DNA from: Lama glama
Lineage: Eukaryota
DNA length: 64,000 bases
NCBI GenBank assembly: GCA_028534125.1
Contig: CM052818.1
Span: forward strand, 7,628,001 to 7,692,000
Direction of reading: 5' to 3'
Shown: positions 40,182 through 52,523 of the stretch, one piece after another
How the letters are laid out: each line of letters opens with the position of its first letter
Numbering within the stretch: the first letter of the stretch is position 1
Made by a program: the position numbers and the translations under genes
The notes under the pieces: generated by a model
What the model was told of the DNA's origin: nothing
The model's database searches: none
Seen by the model: the letters and a program-made list of their open reading frames with translations, nothing else

Positions 40182-42879
40182 TTCCAACCGCTAGTGCTAC
40201 ATTTTCTTGGTTGTTTCCACTAACTTATTCTCCAAAGAGTGGTCAAACTAATCTTTTAGAAATATGCTTGTGTCATCCCTTTGCCCAAAGCAAGTTCCTA
40301 TCTACCATGACCTATAAAGTTCCTGAATGGTCTGGCTTAGGCCTGCTTCGGCCTTTCCTCTGTTCCCTTTGCTTACCTAGCTCCTTCATGTCTTCTTTCT
40401 GCTGGCTGTTTCCACTGCGCCTGGAACTCTTCATTACCACTATTCTGCTTCTCTGGCCACTTCCTATTCATTTGTCAGTTTAAATGCTGCTTCCATGGGC
40501 AAGGATTCCTTGTTCACCTATATTGAGTTATACTCGCCTTCGCAAACTTCTTTTATTTTCCAGGACACATATCTCAACTGTTGTTGAACAATGCTTGTAA
40601 TTATTTTCTTAATGTCTCTCTTCTATACTCCCTCTCCAGTCCACCCCAGATTGTGGGTGCTATGAGAGCGTGAATTGAATCAGTCTTGCTTACCACTAGC
40701 ATCTAGGAGCCAGAAACATCTTTGATAAATACCCCCTGAGTGTGAATGGATGTTTGGATGTCTACTTGAGAGGGAGGATGACTGCAGGGGGTTAGGGATG
40801 ATTGGTATAGGAACGTCTTCCCTACCTCTTCATTATAATAAGAGATTTTGAATCAGAATATTTCTTCCACCATTAAGAGGAATAAAAATTTTGACAAAAG
40901 TTAACCTCATTCTGGGGGCAAGTAGTGAGTTAGCCTCTACAAACTGGGGCAAAATGAAGGCAGCTCAGGCAGGCAGTAAAGAATCAGGCAGACAGAGGAG
41001 AGCCATTTCCCTCTGGATGCCATTAACCAGAGAGAGATGCTGACCACCTGGAATCAAAGCAGCACTCACTGGCACGCATCAGTGAGCCAGTTAAATCATG
41101 AAGACAAAGCCATTTACACAGGCTTTTTGTTTGCTCACTGATTTGATATATGCTTGTTGTAGGGATCTGTGGGGGGAATAAAACTATCACTAGTCTGTCT
41201 TTCAATTTGTAATAGACACAAAAATACTTAAGTTTTGTAAATGTGTCCTGTATGCAGTGCTTTACCATTTCTTTTGCTGTGCATATTGAGATGCAAAGTA
41301 AAGTTAGAATAAACTCAGAAGAATGGAAATAGGCTTTTGCATATTTATAGAAGAAGAATACACACAAAAAATAAGCTATACATTTTCTAAAATACTGCAT
41401 TCTTGCAACCAAATATGGGAATTGTCTCTTGGATTTGTGAATTGGTAAAGAGTACTTAAACTAATAAATTCATCTACATTGATTACTTATTACTAAGTTA
41501 TTTAATACTTATTACCAAGTGAAACCTTCCCTAAAAGATTTTTTTTTTCCTTACAAGTAATGAGAGGCTTCAAATTCTATATTTTAGAGAAAGCCTTAAC
41601 TTTTCTTTGGAGGAGATGTGGAATCTGATAATTTTTTTGGATTCAAATAACAAGTAATTCCCTTTAACATAATTCTTCATTTTTTCAATAATTTGTTGCT
41701 GTAGCATTTCCACAATATAATGTGGGACAAAGAATAGGGATGAGAAGTCCTTAAGCCTGGCTTCTGATTGGAAGTCATCTGCCACTGCTAAAACATTATC
41801 TGTCTCAGCCCTTTGGACCTTTATTTCTTTGTCTGCAAGTGAAGTCTCTTCTGTTCCAAAAGTCTTTGATTTCAATGATGTTTTCTTTCTTTTGAGTTTA
41901 TTACTTTTATTTTATTTAGATCCTTAAAAGGTAGTAAATACAAGTTTGGAAGGGGAAAGTGCTGTTCTAGATCTAAAGTTAGATTTTTGAAAATAAGACT
42001 TCTAGATTGAAATCAGATTCTGATTAAGAGCTTGTTTTTATTAACGCTTGGTAATTCATAGAAGTAAAGACAATAAAGTGAGAAAACACAGACATTTTAC
42101 TTCCTGGTAGAATGGGAACCAAAATGACCAGACAATAGCATGAAAATTAAATGGCCTTTCTAATGCATCTTGATATACAAGGAAAGTCTATTATGTAATT
42201 GCAATCCATTGTTATGCTGTTAATCTTTTACTTTGGATTATGTTGTGAAATTGTCCTTGTTTACTGATACTCGGTGGGTTTTTTTCTTGTCTCTGTTTAT
42301 TTTGCTTCTAAAATATTTCCTATTTGATTTTTTTCCCCCTCTATTTAAAAATATTACATAGCAGTGTAAGAATTTGTTTTCCTGCTGCTTAGGGAGTTCT
42401 TTCTGAGCAATGGCTAGGGGTGAGTCACGTCACATACCCAGTTGGTGAAGAAGCTGGTTCTTGAGGAAATCCTTTAAGAGGCCAACTATGACTTCCATTT
42501 ATCTGAAAATGTATGGCTTCTAAATTGACCACATTTTTCCTCAAAAGGTTTTAAATGAAATTTCTTCCTTTCCTAGGGAAGTTTTAAATGAAATTTTTTT
42601 CCCTAATAAATGTTTAACTATCCTGTCTTTATAGTTCTACTTCATTATAGAATTGCATATTATAAAAATAATTTCCTGTAGTTATCACTTAAAATACTCC
42701 AGATGTAAAATAAGCCAAGTCTGTCATTATTCAATAAATTATTCGTGGCTTACAAAAATCTTGAGCCCTATAACATATCAGTGGCCAGTTGTTTTAAGAC
42801 ATTAGACTAATTGGTCACTCTGCTTAATGTATGGGAGAAAATGGTTTATGTTTATAAGCACCAGTTTGTCTTTATATTT

Positions 42880-43780
42880 CATTCATTATTTCAACAAGTA
42901 TTTATTGAGCTCTCAACTCACACCAGGCACTGTTCCAGGTACTGGCGGGGGCTGGGGGTAAAGTGGTAAACAAACGAGACAAAACCCTCTGTACTCATGG
43001 AGCCTGCTTTCCTGTGAGGGAGAGATAGACAACACATAGGTAAAACATGGAGCGGTTAGATGATAATAAAGGCTAAGGAGAAATATAAACTCGAAAAGTA
43101 GGCAGGGCATGGTGTTGCAATGAAAAATACAGGTGTCGTGGAATGTTTCACTATGAAGGTAAGACTTGAATAAAGATATGAAGGAGGTGAGGGAGTTAGC
43201 CATCTGGATATCTGGGGTAAAAGTATACCAGGCAAGAGGGAAGAGCAAGTGCAAATGCTCTGAGGCAGGAGCATGCCTGGCATCCCATGAAAAGTGAGGA
43301 GCTCACTGTGACTAGAGCAGAGTGAGAAATGGGGGGAGCAGGAGGAGACAAAGTTAGAGAGTTAAGAGTGGGCTTTTAGTATGAGTAAGACAGAGCCACT
43401 GGAGTCTTTTAAGCAGAGGAATGACATGATCTGACTTAAATTTTAGTAGGATCAAGCTGACTGCTTTGTTGACAATAAACTGGTAGGGGACAAAGGCCAG
43501 GAGACTTTATAATAATCCAGGCAAGTAGGATCACTGCACTACACAACTCTAAGAAGCATCATTCACCGGGCAGTCTCTGAATGCGGCTTCCTGTCATGAG
43601 CAGTGTACATAGCCCAGTAGCTGTAGTTAGCAGCCCTGCAGGCAAGATGGACCAGGGTGGATGCAATAAGAGCGGTGCTAACTGTTTAGTCTAGATATAT
43701 TTTGTAGGTAAAACGAATAGGATTTTCTAACATGGTAGATGTGGAATATGAGAGAGTCAAGTATAATTTCAAGGTCATCT
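42880..43780 (-). mobile_element. LINE-2 3' fragment
   Basis: cattcattatttcaacaagtatttattgagc..ccaggcactgttccaggtactgg..gacatgatctgactta. Confidence 0.85.
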
Positions 43781-45335
43781 ATTAATTTCATGAATTATTA
43801 ATATTCATTATGCCAAATGCCATTTACTAAGGGGGAGTAATTCATATTTATTTTTTAATTCAGTAAGCATTTATTGAAAGTCAACTATTTAGTATATTGT
43901 TCCAGATTCTGTAGGATATTTTAAAAAGTACAATAACAGCAACAACAGAAAATCCTGTCCTAGAAATATTTATCACTTAGTTTGTTAGACAAAACTTCCA
44001 TAGATAAAATAACCAAGTGAAACAATAAAAGACCAAATATTACATGAGGCAACATAGAAAAAATATGATATAGGATTAATAAAATGTTATATGTATAACC
44101 ACTTCTCTAGGGAAATGGTCCAATTTGAAAATAATTTTACATTTGTCAGGATATGCCCTCATTTCCAACTACTAGACTCTAATCTATGCAACAATTTATC
44201 ACTATTTTCCAATTGTAACAGGACTCATGTGTTTCCTATTCCAAATTCTGGATTAGATGTGTTCTATGGTTGACTTCTGCTCCAGGAGAAAGTACATAAG
44301 AGGCTTCATGTCTGAGGTTTCATGTGATCATCTCTTGCTAATGTCTTAGGTTGCATTCCTCACAGTTTGCAGTTTGGTTGTTCCCTAGTTCCTATTTGTC
44401 CAAGTTCTGACTTGCAAATTTTCATGCTTCTGGCCACTTACCTAACATATTGGCCTTTTTGTTTTATGAGGACTTTTGAGATCTCGTGGGTTCTCTTGCC
44501 TCCCTTCACCCACCTCATTCATAGTCATGTGTTACTGCTTCCTGTTCAGGGGTTTTCATTAACACAGCTTTCCTAATAATAATAAGATAGTAAAGATTAT
44601 AATGATAAGTATGATCGCTAACAATTCTAAGTACTGACTATGAGTATGGAGTTGAGCTTTAGAGAACTTAACATGCCCAAGGATACTCAGCTAGGAAGTG
44701 GCAGAGCTAGGATGCAAACCCAGAGAACGCGAATATACTAAGCTGTAACATGTCCTTTTGTACTATATGCATATTAAACATGATTCAAAGGGAGGAAAAA
44801 AAAGCCAATCCCAACAAAGTTCTCTAAACTCTCAAAGCCTCTATGTCTAATAATTGTCTTTCTAATATTATGGATTTATCAGTTTTTAATTTTGCCTAGT
44901 TGAAGTTACAGATAAAATTTGCAATATTTTTATAGATTTGATAGTAGAGTTGGTTTTGCATAGCCCTACTCACAGGTATACACACATGTACTCTACACAC
45001 AGGCTAACAAAGTAGCAGCTGCAAGTAGAAATGGCAACAGGGACTTCCAGTAGACCAAGATTAAAATAAAAAAGAGAAGAGGGAAAAGGAAGAAAACCAG
45101 TGTTTATTGAGCCTTCTGTGTTAATCTTTTACTGGGTTAAAATGCTTATTTATTCCTTACCACAATTTTATTATTTATCATGAGAAAAATAAAGTAATAA
45201 ATTACTTCTATTTGGCAGATGAAGACACAGGGAATTAGAAATAGAGATCAAAGTTACATAGTTAAAGTGTCAAAGCCTAGCTGAAAACCCAAAGTTAGCT
45301 TAATTCCAAAGCCTGTGTGTAATTAATCACTGCAG

Positions 45336-45886
45336 GTGGTAGACAAACTTTAGGGTAGCCCCCATGATTCCCACTTCCAGGTGTTCACAACTTTGGTTAA
45401 TCTCCTCTCCTTGAGTGTGAGCAAAACTTGTGACTTGCTTCTAAATCACAGAGCATGGTGAAGATGATAGGATACCACTCTACTGATAGCTGACTCACTT
45501 TAGAGACTTTAGAGATACTCCTTGCTGGTTTGATGAAGTAAGCAGCCATGATGAGAAAACCTATGTGGCAAGGAACTGCAGGAGGCCTCTAGGAGCTGAG
45601 GGCAGCCTCCATCCAGCAAGAAGCTAGAGTTCTCAGTCCTGCAACCACAAGAAAAGGAATTCTGCCAACAACATGAATGGCCTTAGAAGCAGATTCTTCC
45701 CTAATCAAGCCTACAAATGAGAACACAGCCTGACTGATACTTTGCAGCTTTATGAAACCCTGAGCAGAAGACCAAGGTAAATTGTGCCCAAATGCCTGAC
45801 TCACAGAACTATAATATAATAAATATATGTTATTTTCAACCACTAAGTTTGTGATAATTTGCACACAGTAATAAAAAACTAATACA
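45336..45886 (+). mobile_element. MLT1E/F-type MaLR LTR
   Basis: ccccatgattcccac..ccttgagtgtg..tgtggcaaggaactg..ccactaagtttgtgataatttg..aactaataca. Confidence 0.85.
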
Positions 45887-48519
45887 CCACGCTACCTTGG
45901 TTTTCCGTATACTTGGAGCACAGTAAATTCTTAGTAAGTGGTAGTTGCTATTATTAGGGTAATCAAATGAAAATTTGGAATATCAGAGTTAAAGAGAAAT
46001 GTAACAGAGTTAAATAATTGTTTCTAAATTAATCAAGCAGCTGATTTAGAAGACACAAATAAATGATGGTATAATGAAAACATGTATATTACTCCCAATA
46101 ATGATTGAATGTAGTGTTACCACGTGAAATATTTCTATTGTTGCTTCTACCCACATTTAGTTTTAGTGTCTTATACCATACTGGAAGTAAATTGGAAAGT
46201 TTTCCAATAGTCTTACATTAGATATGAGGAAATATTAAAACACAGTTTCAGGGTCCTTTCATATTGTTATAAATTGTGATTTGAAAACACTTTAACATTT
46301 TAGAATAGCTTAAATATGATGGATTAAATAATTCAGAGCATTGAATCAAAAAAAAAACCCGTATGAGAAACAACTACCAGCATAATACTTTCAGTGCATG
46401 AGTACATGTGGATTTTGCTTACCAAAGGTATTTTATACTAAACACACAATGTAATTATACATATTTAGCTATGGAGTAGGTTAGAGAACTTGAATGGGTT
46501 TCCATTGGATAGATTTAAGTTTTGCTATTGTGGAAAAAAGAGGGGCCAGTCTAACTAAACTGCAAAACAATTTTTCTTATTGTTCCTTCTACGAGTACCC
46601 CCTTTCTCTTCTGTATTTATATTGGCATATGAATGTATAGTTTCTGACAAACATTAAAAATGGTATTCATTGCCTGAGTAAACATGTTAACCTCACTACT
46701 GTCACATACACAAATATGTGCTGAACATATAGCAAAAGATAAGCATGGGCCTTTATAGGTGTTGCAGCATTAGGAAATTTGACTGTTCTCCATATAATGA
46801 GAATATATGACCCCAATGACTATTTCCATTCATAATTATTAACAGATTTAACAAATATTATTCCAGACACAATAATAGGGTAGCTAAATATTTTCTTCAT
46901 ATTTGCTTCTTCTGAGGGCAATGATGATTTCCATCAGTTTTTCTTAATTTTCTGTGATCCGTGCTTTCTGGAAATTAACACTAATAATATACCTGTACAT
47001 ATTTATTTGTGACTTGGCTTTTCTTTCTAATACTGAAATGATTCAAGGTATAACAAGTGAGCATATTAATTAATTTGAAATTTATCTATTTCTAAATTAA
47101 ATTACTTGCCTAGTTAACAGTTTTTGTTTTGTTTTGTTTTTGGTAAACCAGATCATTAGTATTTACTTTTATGTTTAGATTCATGATTATAAATTATTCT
47201 GTGGAAAAGTAAAAGTAAAATCATGCTGGATCCCTGAAAGAACTAAGTGCAATACTCAAATGTGTATTTTCTTCCTGTGGTATGTTATTTACAGATGGAT
47301 AATGAGGAAAGCAAACCAGTTGATCTTGTTCTAGTGTCTGAGATATACTTCATGGCTATTCTCTAATCCACGTGCCAACTAGAGCAATTTAGAATCTTTT
47401 CTGGAATAAGGTGGGGTATAAATGCAAATACTTTTTAAAAGGCCAAACCACCAGGTTTAAGGCAGCTTTCGAACTATTGTTGACTTCCTGATGTGGTTTC
47501 AAAATATAGGAACCTGCCAAATCTATTTCTTAAGTATAATCTATGAACTGTTTCTAGACTTAAAGTGAACTTATTTTTGTCTCTGGCTTTTGATAAAATT
47601 TGGTGATTCTTCCTTTGGTATTTTTGTGAGATCTGGTTTTATGTGAGATCAGAGATTTAGGAGGATTCTTTTATTTATAGTTATATTTATTTCATATTGG
47701 AGATTGATACTCTCACTCTCCTTATTACAAAACTGCAGAGAAGTGAATTTAGAAAAACATAATTAAAAAATCTCAGTTATTTTTGTTGCTTCCTTCTCTC
47801 TTGTCCTTCCCATCCTCCAATTATAGTTTAGTGGGTAAAATTATTTTACAAAGAGTTACGTTTGCAGTTTTCAAAATGACTTCTTAGAAGTGAAATTTGC
47901 ATCAATTTTTTTTTCAATTCCCAACTATGTTACATTTTCACTTTTGATTTGTTAAAACACACTGTCTTATAGATGCCTGAAACTTTGAGATATTTTTAGG
48001 CAAAGAAATGATTTGAAAACTGAAAGAAATCTTCCTAAAATTAAGACACAAGCGCTCAAATGGCCCTGATCTTTCTTTCAAATATTCTAAACATTCCGTT
48101 TCTTGAGGATTGTATTTTATTAGATTAAGATCACCAGCTCTCTGAAACCAGGCTGTATTGGATTACTGTTAAGAATCACAGTGAGGAGGTCTTGATAATA
48201 CACACATTTCAAGTATCTCAGTCAACTAGCAGGAATAACTGATTCCAGCGCCAGAGAAGTTTGATAGGTGCCTGGGAGAAAGGCCTGGAACTAGGGAAAG
48301 ACTTAGGGGCACGACGTGGTGGGGGAAGGCCTCGCTAGAGAGACGATGCACTGTTTCCAGAGTCCAGTGGATTGTTGGGGAGGGGTTGACCTTAAACTTA
48401 TCGAAGGATACTTATTCGGGAAACTCTCAACAGCCTTCACTTTGAAGGGGTGAAAGGACAGGTGGAATGTTGTGGAAGTGTCTGCTTGAACAGGTGCTGG
48501 GTGACTGAGGGATGTCTGG

Positions 48520-49620
48520 AGTTCGCTGGGCCGGGGGGTGGAGGGTGGTCGAGGGCCACGCTGAGGGGTGGTCGACCAGTCCCCGGGCAGGCGACAGGCG
48601 GCCCCGGGCTGCTCGCGAGAGCACCTCGGGGTGGGGGAAGGGTCGTGGGGGAAAGTCGAGTTCGGCGTGGGTTTCTGCGTGGAGGCCCATTAGAGGAGGC
48701 GCCGAGCAGCTGCGCGGGGTATTCCCTGCTCCGGGGGAACGGCGGCGGAGTCCTCGCCGGCCCGGCCCTCTCCCGAGGCGGCAAGCGCTCCCCCCGGCCC
48801 GGGCCGCGGCCCTCCCGCCCCCGCGGAGCCGCGCGGTGGATTGTGGGCTGGGGGCTGCGGCGGCCTCGCGGCGGCCTCCGGCGCTGTCTCCCCGGAACCT
48901 AGCCGGACCTAGGCGGGCCGGCGGGGTGAGGGGAAGCAGTGGGGCTGGGAGCAGAAGCGCCGGGGGTAGTGGTCGCGGCGCGGCGGCGGCGGCTCCTCCG
49001 GAGGCCGGGGATGTGGGAGAGGCGGTGGCAGCAGCGGCGGAGGCGGCGCTGCGGACCCGGGGGAAACTGCTGGCTGACAGGACACCCGGGAGAGACGTGA
49101 GGGAGCCGCCGCTGCCGCCTCTCACCCCCAAGCGGAGCTGGGCTCGAGAGGGCAGCCCTGTGCTCCCCCGGCCGACCGGCCAGCCGGCGCGGGGCGGAGG
49201 CGGGAAGCCGGGCTCGGGCCCAGCCGGGCTCCAAGCGGCGGCGGCCGCGAAGCAGCAGCCTCGGCGCGACGTGGAGGTTTGGAGGCGGCGGCGATGCACT
49301 AGGCCTCGCTCAGGGGCGGCTGCCCGGGACCCGCAGGTAGGTGTCGGACCGGCCCTGCTCGGCCCCAGCGCTTCGCGGCCCACCCTCACCCGACCTCCCG
49401 TGGATAGAGGGACCGAGCCCCCACCCCTCTGCCTTCTCCCCGGCCCGAGCCGGGCAGAGTTTCGGTCACAACTGACCAGCGCCGTAGCTTCCATCTCTCC
49501 CGGCCACCTCCTCTTGCTAAGTCTCCCTCCGGGGTCGGGGCCAGCAGCCGGGCTTCTCACCTCCGGCCGGCGGCCCCCATGCCGCTCTCGCCCTGCTGCC
49601 CCTCTCGGGGATCTGGGCTG
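48520..49620. promoter_or_regulatory. CpG-island promoter
   Basis: Abrupt shift to very high GC and dense CpG in an otherwise CpG-depleted window; GC box ggggcggagg at 49191-49200; no obvious TATA box. Confidence 0.95.
48930..49336 (+). other. VPS54: Probable non-coding first exon (5' UTR) of GARP subunit VPS54; TSS position approximate
   Basis: Strong donor CAG|GTAGGT at 49336/49337 inside the island. The exon end gcgatgcactaggcctcgctcagg..gggacccgcag matches my recollection of the human VPS54 5' UTR. No coding exon follows within the window. Not verified by alignment. Confidence 0.6.
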
Positions 49621-50969
49621 TGGAACTTCCACCACCCTCCTTAGATGCTGCCCCCAAACTTTCCCTTTCTTTTTCCACCTGGGCCCTTGGCCTCTTTTTG
49701 ATCCCACTGGAATAATTTAAATTAAAAAAAATCACTTTTCTTCCTGGCGAAGGCCAACCCAAAGAATAACAAGGTGTTTTGCAGTTTGTCAATGTCGCTC
49801 GCAGTCATTTTTTCAGTAGTTAATTTTATTCGGTTCTGCTTCTTTCCATCCCTGCATTGATACAAAGGCAGGCCTCCCCTGCCCTCCTGTCGTTGACAAG
49901 GGAACTTTTGCCTCCCCATTATAACTAACCACTTGGTTTGTCCATGTGCCGAGTTCAGGATGGTATTTTTAGAATTTTGGCTGACCCGGGTTGCAATTTT
50001 TTAAAAAATTCCCTTTTAACCAGCTTTACTTTTGTCCTTATTGAGGCGCTCCTTACTTTCGAAGAATTAAATTGGAATGTTTTTGTGTTTTGTTTTTAAT
50101 TGGTTCTGTTTCTGATTTGTCAAACCCCAGGGCAATCTTAATAGTAAATGCTTACAAGGCAAGTGATGTCATGATAGTATACTGAGAAATGTGTTATTGT
50201 GGTAATTTAAACTGCAGATTTTGATAGACATTCAGGTTGACTTTTACAAATATGACGGAGAGTTCTAACTGGTAGAGTACCTTGAGAGCCTTAATGCTTT
50301 CTAAGCAGTTATGATAGAACAGATGGAATGATGGGATTTGTTTGCTTGACTGTATTTGTATTGCAGTCAGTCTTATTTTCTAGAAATAGGTGTTACTTGG
50401 TGGTTCATAGTGGTCATCATTGCTTATGATAGGTTTTGGTAAAATTATTAATATGTGCAAATTTTGGGCGATTGATATTTGTGGTTTGGGGGATTAGATG
50501 TTGGCAATTTTGTTGTGATTTGGCTATTAAAATATGCTGTTAACTTCAGAAATATTGTGCTATTAGGAGAGACATTACAATCTGAGGATGACTTTTAAAA
50601 GAAAAAATATTTTTATGTTTTTTCTTTATAAAGAATGCTTTATGACAAAATTATAAAGACTGTCCATGTTTTGTTGTTGATACTAATAAATTTTGTTCTT
50701 GGAGAGGTATTGTTACTTTAGCATTTGACTCTGAAATGTTTTTCATTGCTTTCAAATTATCCAAAGTTTACTAGGAAAAAAAATGATTATATTTGCATGT
50801 TTGTTTTCTGGAAATGTTAAAATTTATTTCTGGTTAGGTGTTAAATTTGTATGACAGAATTAAAATCAAATCTTACATAACTCATGAAATGGCAAACTGC
50901 AGAATTTCTTGTTAATCACATTCCTTTTCCTATGAATAAAAGTTGATTAAAGTTCCTTTTTCCTGCTTT

Positions 50970-51230
50970 TAGCTTTTTACAACTTTATTGAGTAAAATAC
51001 ACTCATTTAAAGTGTTAAACAATTTTTAGTATATTTACAGAGTTGTGCAGCTGTCACCATACTCTAATTTTAGAACATGTTCATCACCCCAAAAAGAAAC
51101 CTCTGCCCATTAGCAGTTACTTCCCATTCTCCCCACCCCACCCCACCCCACCCCCAGACCGAGGCAACCACTTTCCATCTCAATATTTGCTTATTGTGGT
51201 CCATTCATATGAGTAGTATCAGCTGCGTGA
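50970..51230 (-). mobile_element. LINE-1 (L1M-type) 3' terminal fragment
   Basis: aactttattgag..tttttagtatatttacagagttgtgca..attttagaacat.ttcatcaccccaaaaagaaacc. Confidence 0.8.
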
Positions 51231-51949
51231 GAAGTTTTTCTTTTAAAATCAATTGCCACGTTTGAAATATTTTGAGTGAGGGAATAATCAGCTAGTCACT
51301 GGTATTAAATAAGCGATGTTTTAAACAGTTAACATACTGCTTGGTTGTATTCATCATAGAGTACTATGAAGAGTGGAGAAAGAAAAGTTAGCATGAACGA
51401 ATTCAGTGATCTCAAGAGGTGGCCTAGTCAGCTGGGAGTCAGTAAGTAAAAGTTGAAGGAGTATTTTTGCCATTGGGTGTTAAGGTTTGGAAAGGACCTT
51501 AAAGGTCATCAGCTTTCTTCTTGCTTCACAAATAGATGGTAGGAACCAGATGAGAAAATCTGAAGAGCAAAAGCTTGAATCTCTAGGATGCGTGGCTCAA
51601 GAACCATAGTGCGACCATGTAAGGCAAGAAATGGAGATTTGCAAGTTAGAATTGTTTAGGTTCTATGTATATATATATTTAACATTTTTACTAGCTGAAT
51701 AGGCAGGGAACTGGACATTTCCCAATCTTTGGAATGGAACGGAAGTGGGGACTGATGTATCTCATGTAGATGGGATCATTACAGAATCCTCCAAAATGCT
51801 TTAACCTAAAGGAGGATGCCATGTGTATTATTTAGGTATCTTTTTCTACTGTTACCATCTTGTTTCTAAAAATCCAAATTTAATTAAAAAAATTATACTG
51901 GGCTGGTTGGAGGCCTTCTTTTTCAAAGACCCAGGGTGCAACATCTAAA

Positions 51950-52165
51950 CAGTGGTACTCAAACAGGAATAATTTTGCCCTCCAAGGGACATCTGGCAGT
52001 GTCTGGAGACATTTTTTGTTGTCACAACTGAAGGTGGGGTGCTATTGGCATCTAGCCAGGGATGTTGCTAAATATCCTGCTATGCACAGACATATCCTAC
52101 CCCACGCTACCCTACACAGGAGAGTTATCTGGCCAAAATATCAGTAATGTTGTTCGAAACTCACG
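51950..52165 (+). mobile_element. MER20 hAT-Charlie MITE
   Basis: cagtggtactcaa..aattttgccc..gggacatctggcagtgtctggagacatttttt.gttgtcacaactg..ggcatctag.ccagggatgttgctaaa. Confidence 0.9.
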
Positions 52166-52465
52166 GTTTGTGTGATTCTGGTAAGGGCCTGAGCTAATGT
52201 TCTTGACTCCCACCAGGTGGGAAGATACCCTCAGTGGTCATTGGTGGATTAGATTAATCTTTACGTCCTCTAACAACTCTCTCTTTGCAGGGGAGGCAGT
52301 TGAGGGAAAAGTAAAAGGAAATCTATGACATAATGCAGATATTCTTTAGTTTGTTAGTTTTCAAATCTGAAGTAAAAAATTTTTTTTCTGAAAATGTCAT
52401 CCTTATTTTACTGCAAATTTGAACTATTATGTTTTGAAGTGTTCGTTATTGGTACATAGGTTTTT

Positions 52466-52523
52466 TTAAAATACATTTATTTTTATTGAAGTATAGTCAG
52501 TTTACAATGTTGTGTCAGTTTGG
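52466..52523 (-). mobile_element. Extremely 5'-truncated LINE-1 insertion (~60 bp)
   Basis: ttttattgaagtatagtcagtttacaatgttgtgtcagttt resembles an antisense L1 3' end; TSD cataggttttt at 52455-52465 and 52524-52534. Confidence 0.75.

Noticed and set aside
48427..49720. Overlapping 426-aa (-) and 402-aa (+) ORFs
   Set aside because: Low-complexity Gly/Arg/Pro/Ala translations from a stop-poor CpG island; they run through the splice donor and show no recognisable domain.
52210..52220. CCACCAGGTGG as a CTCF site
   Set aside because: It lacks the conserved following C (GGGAA instead of GGCAG/GGCGC), so it is too weak to call.
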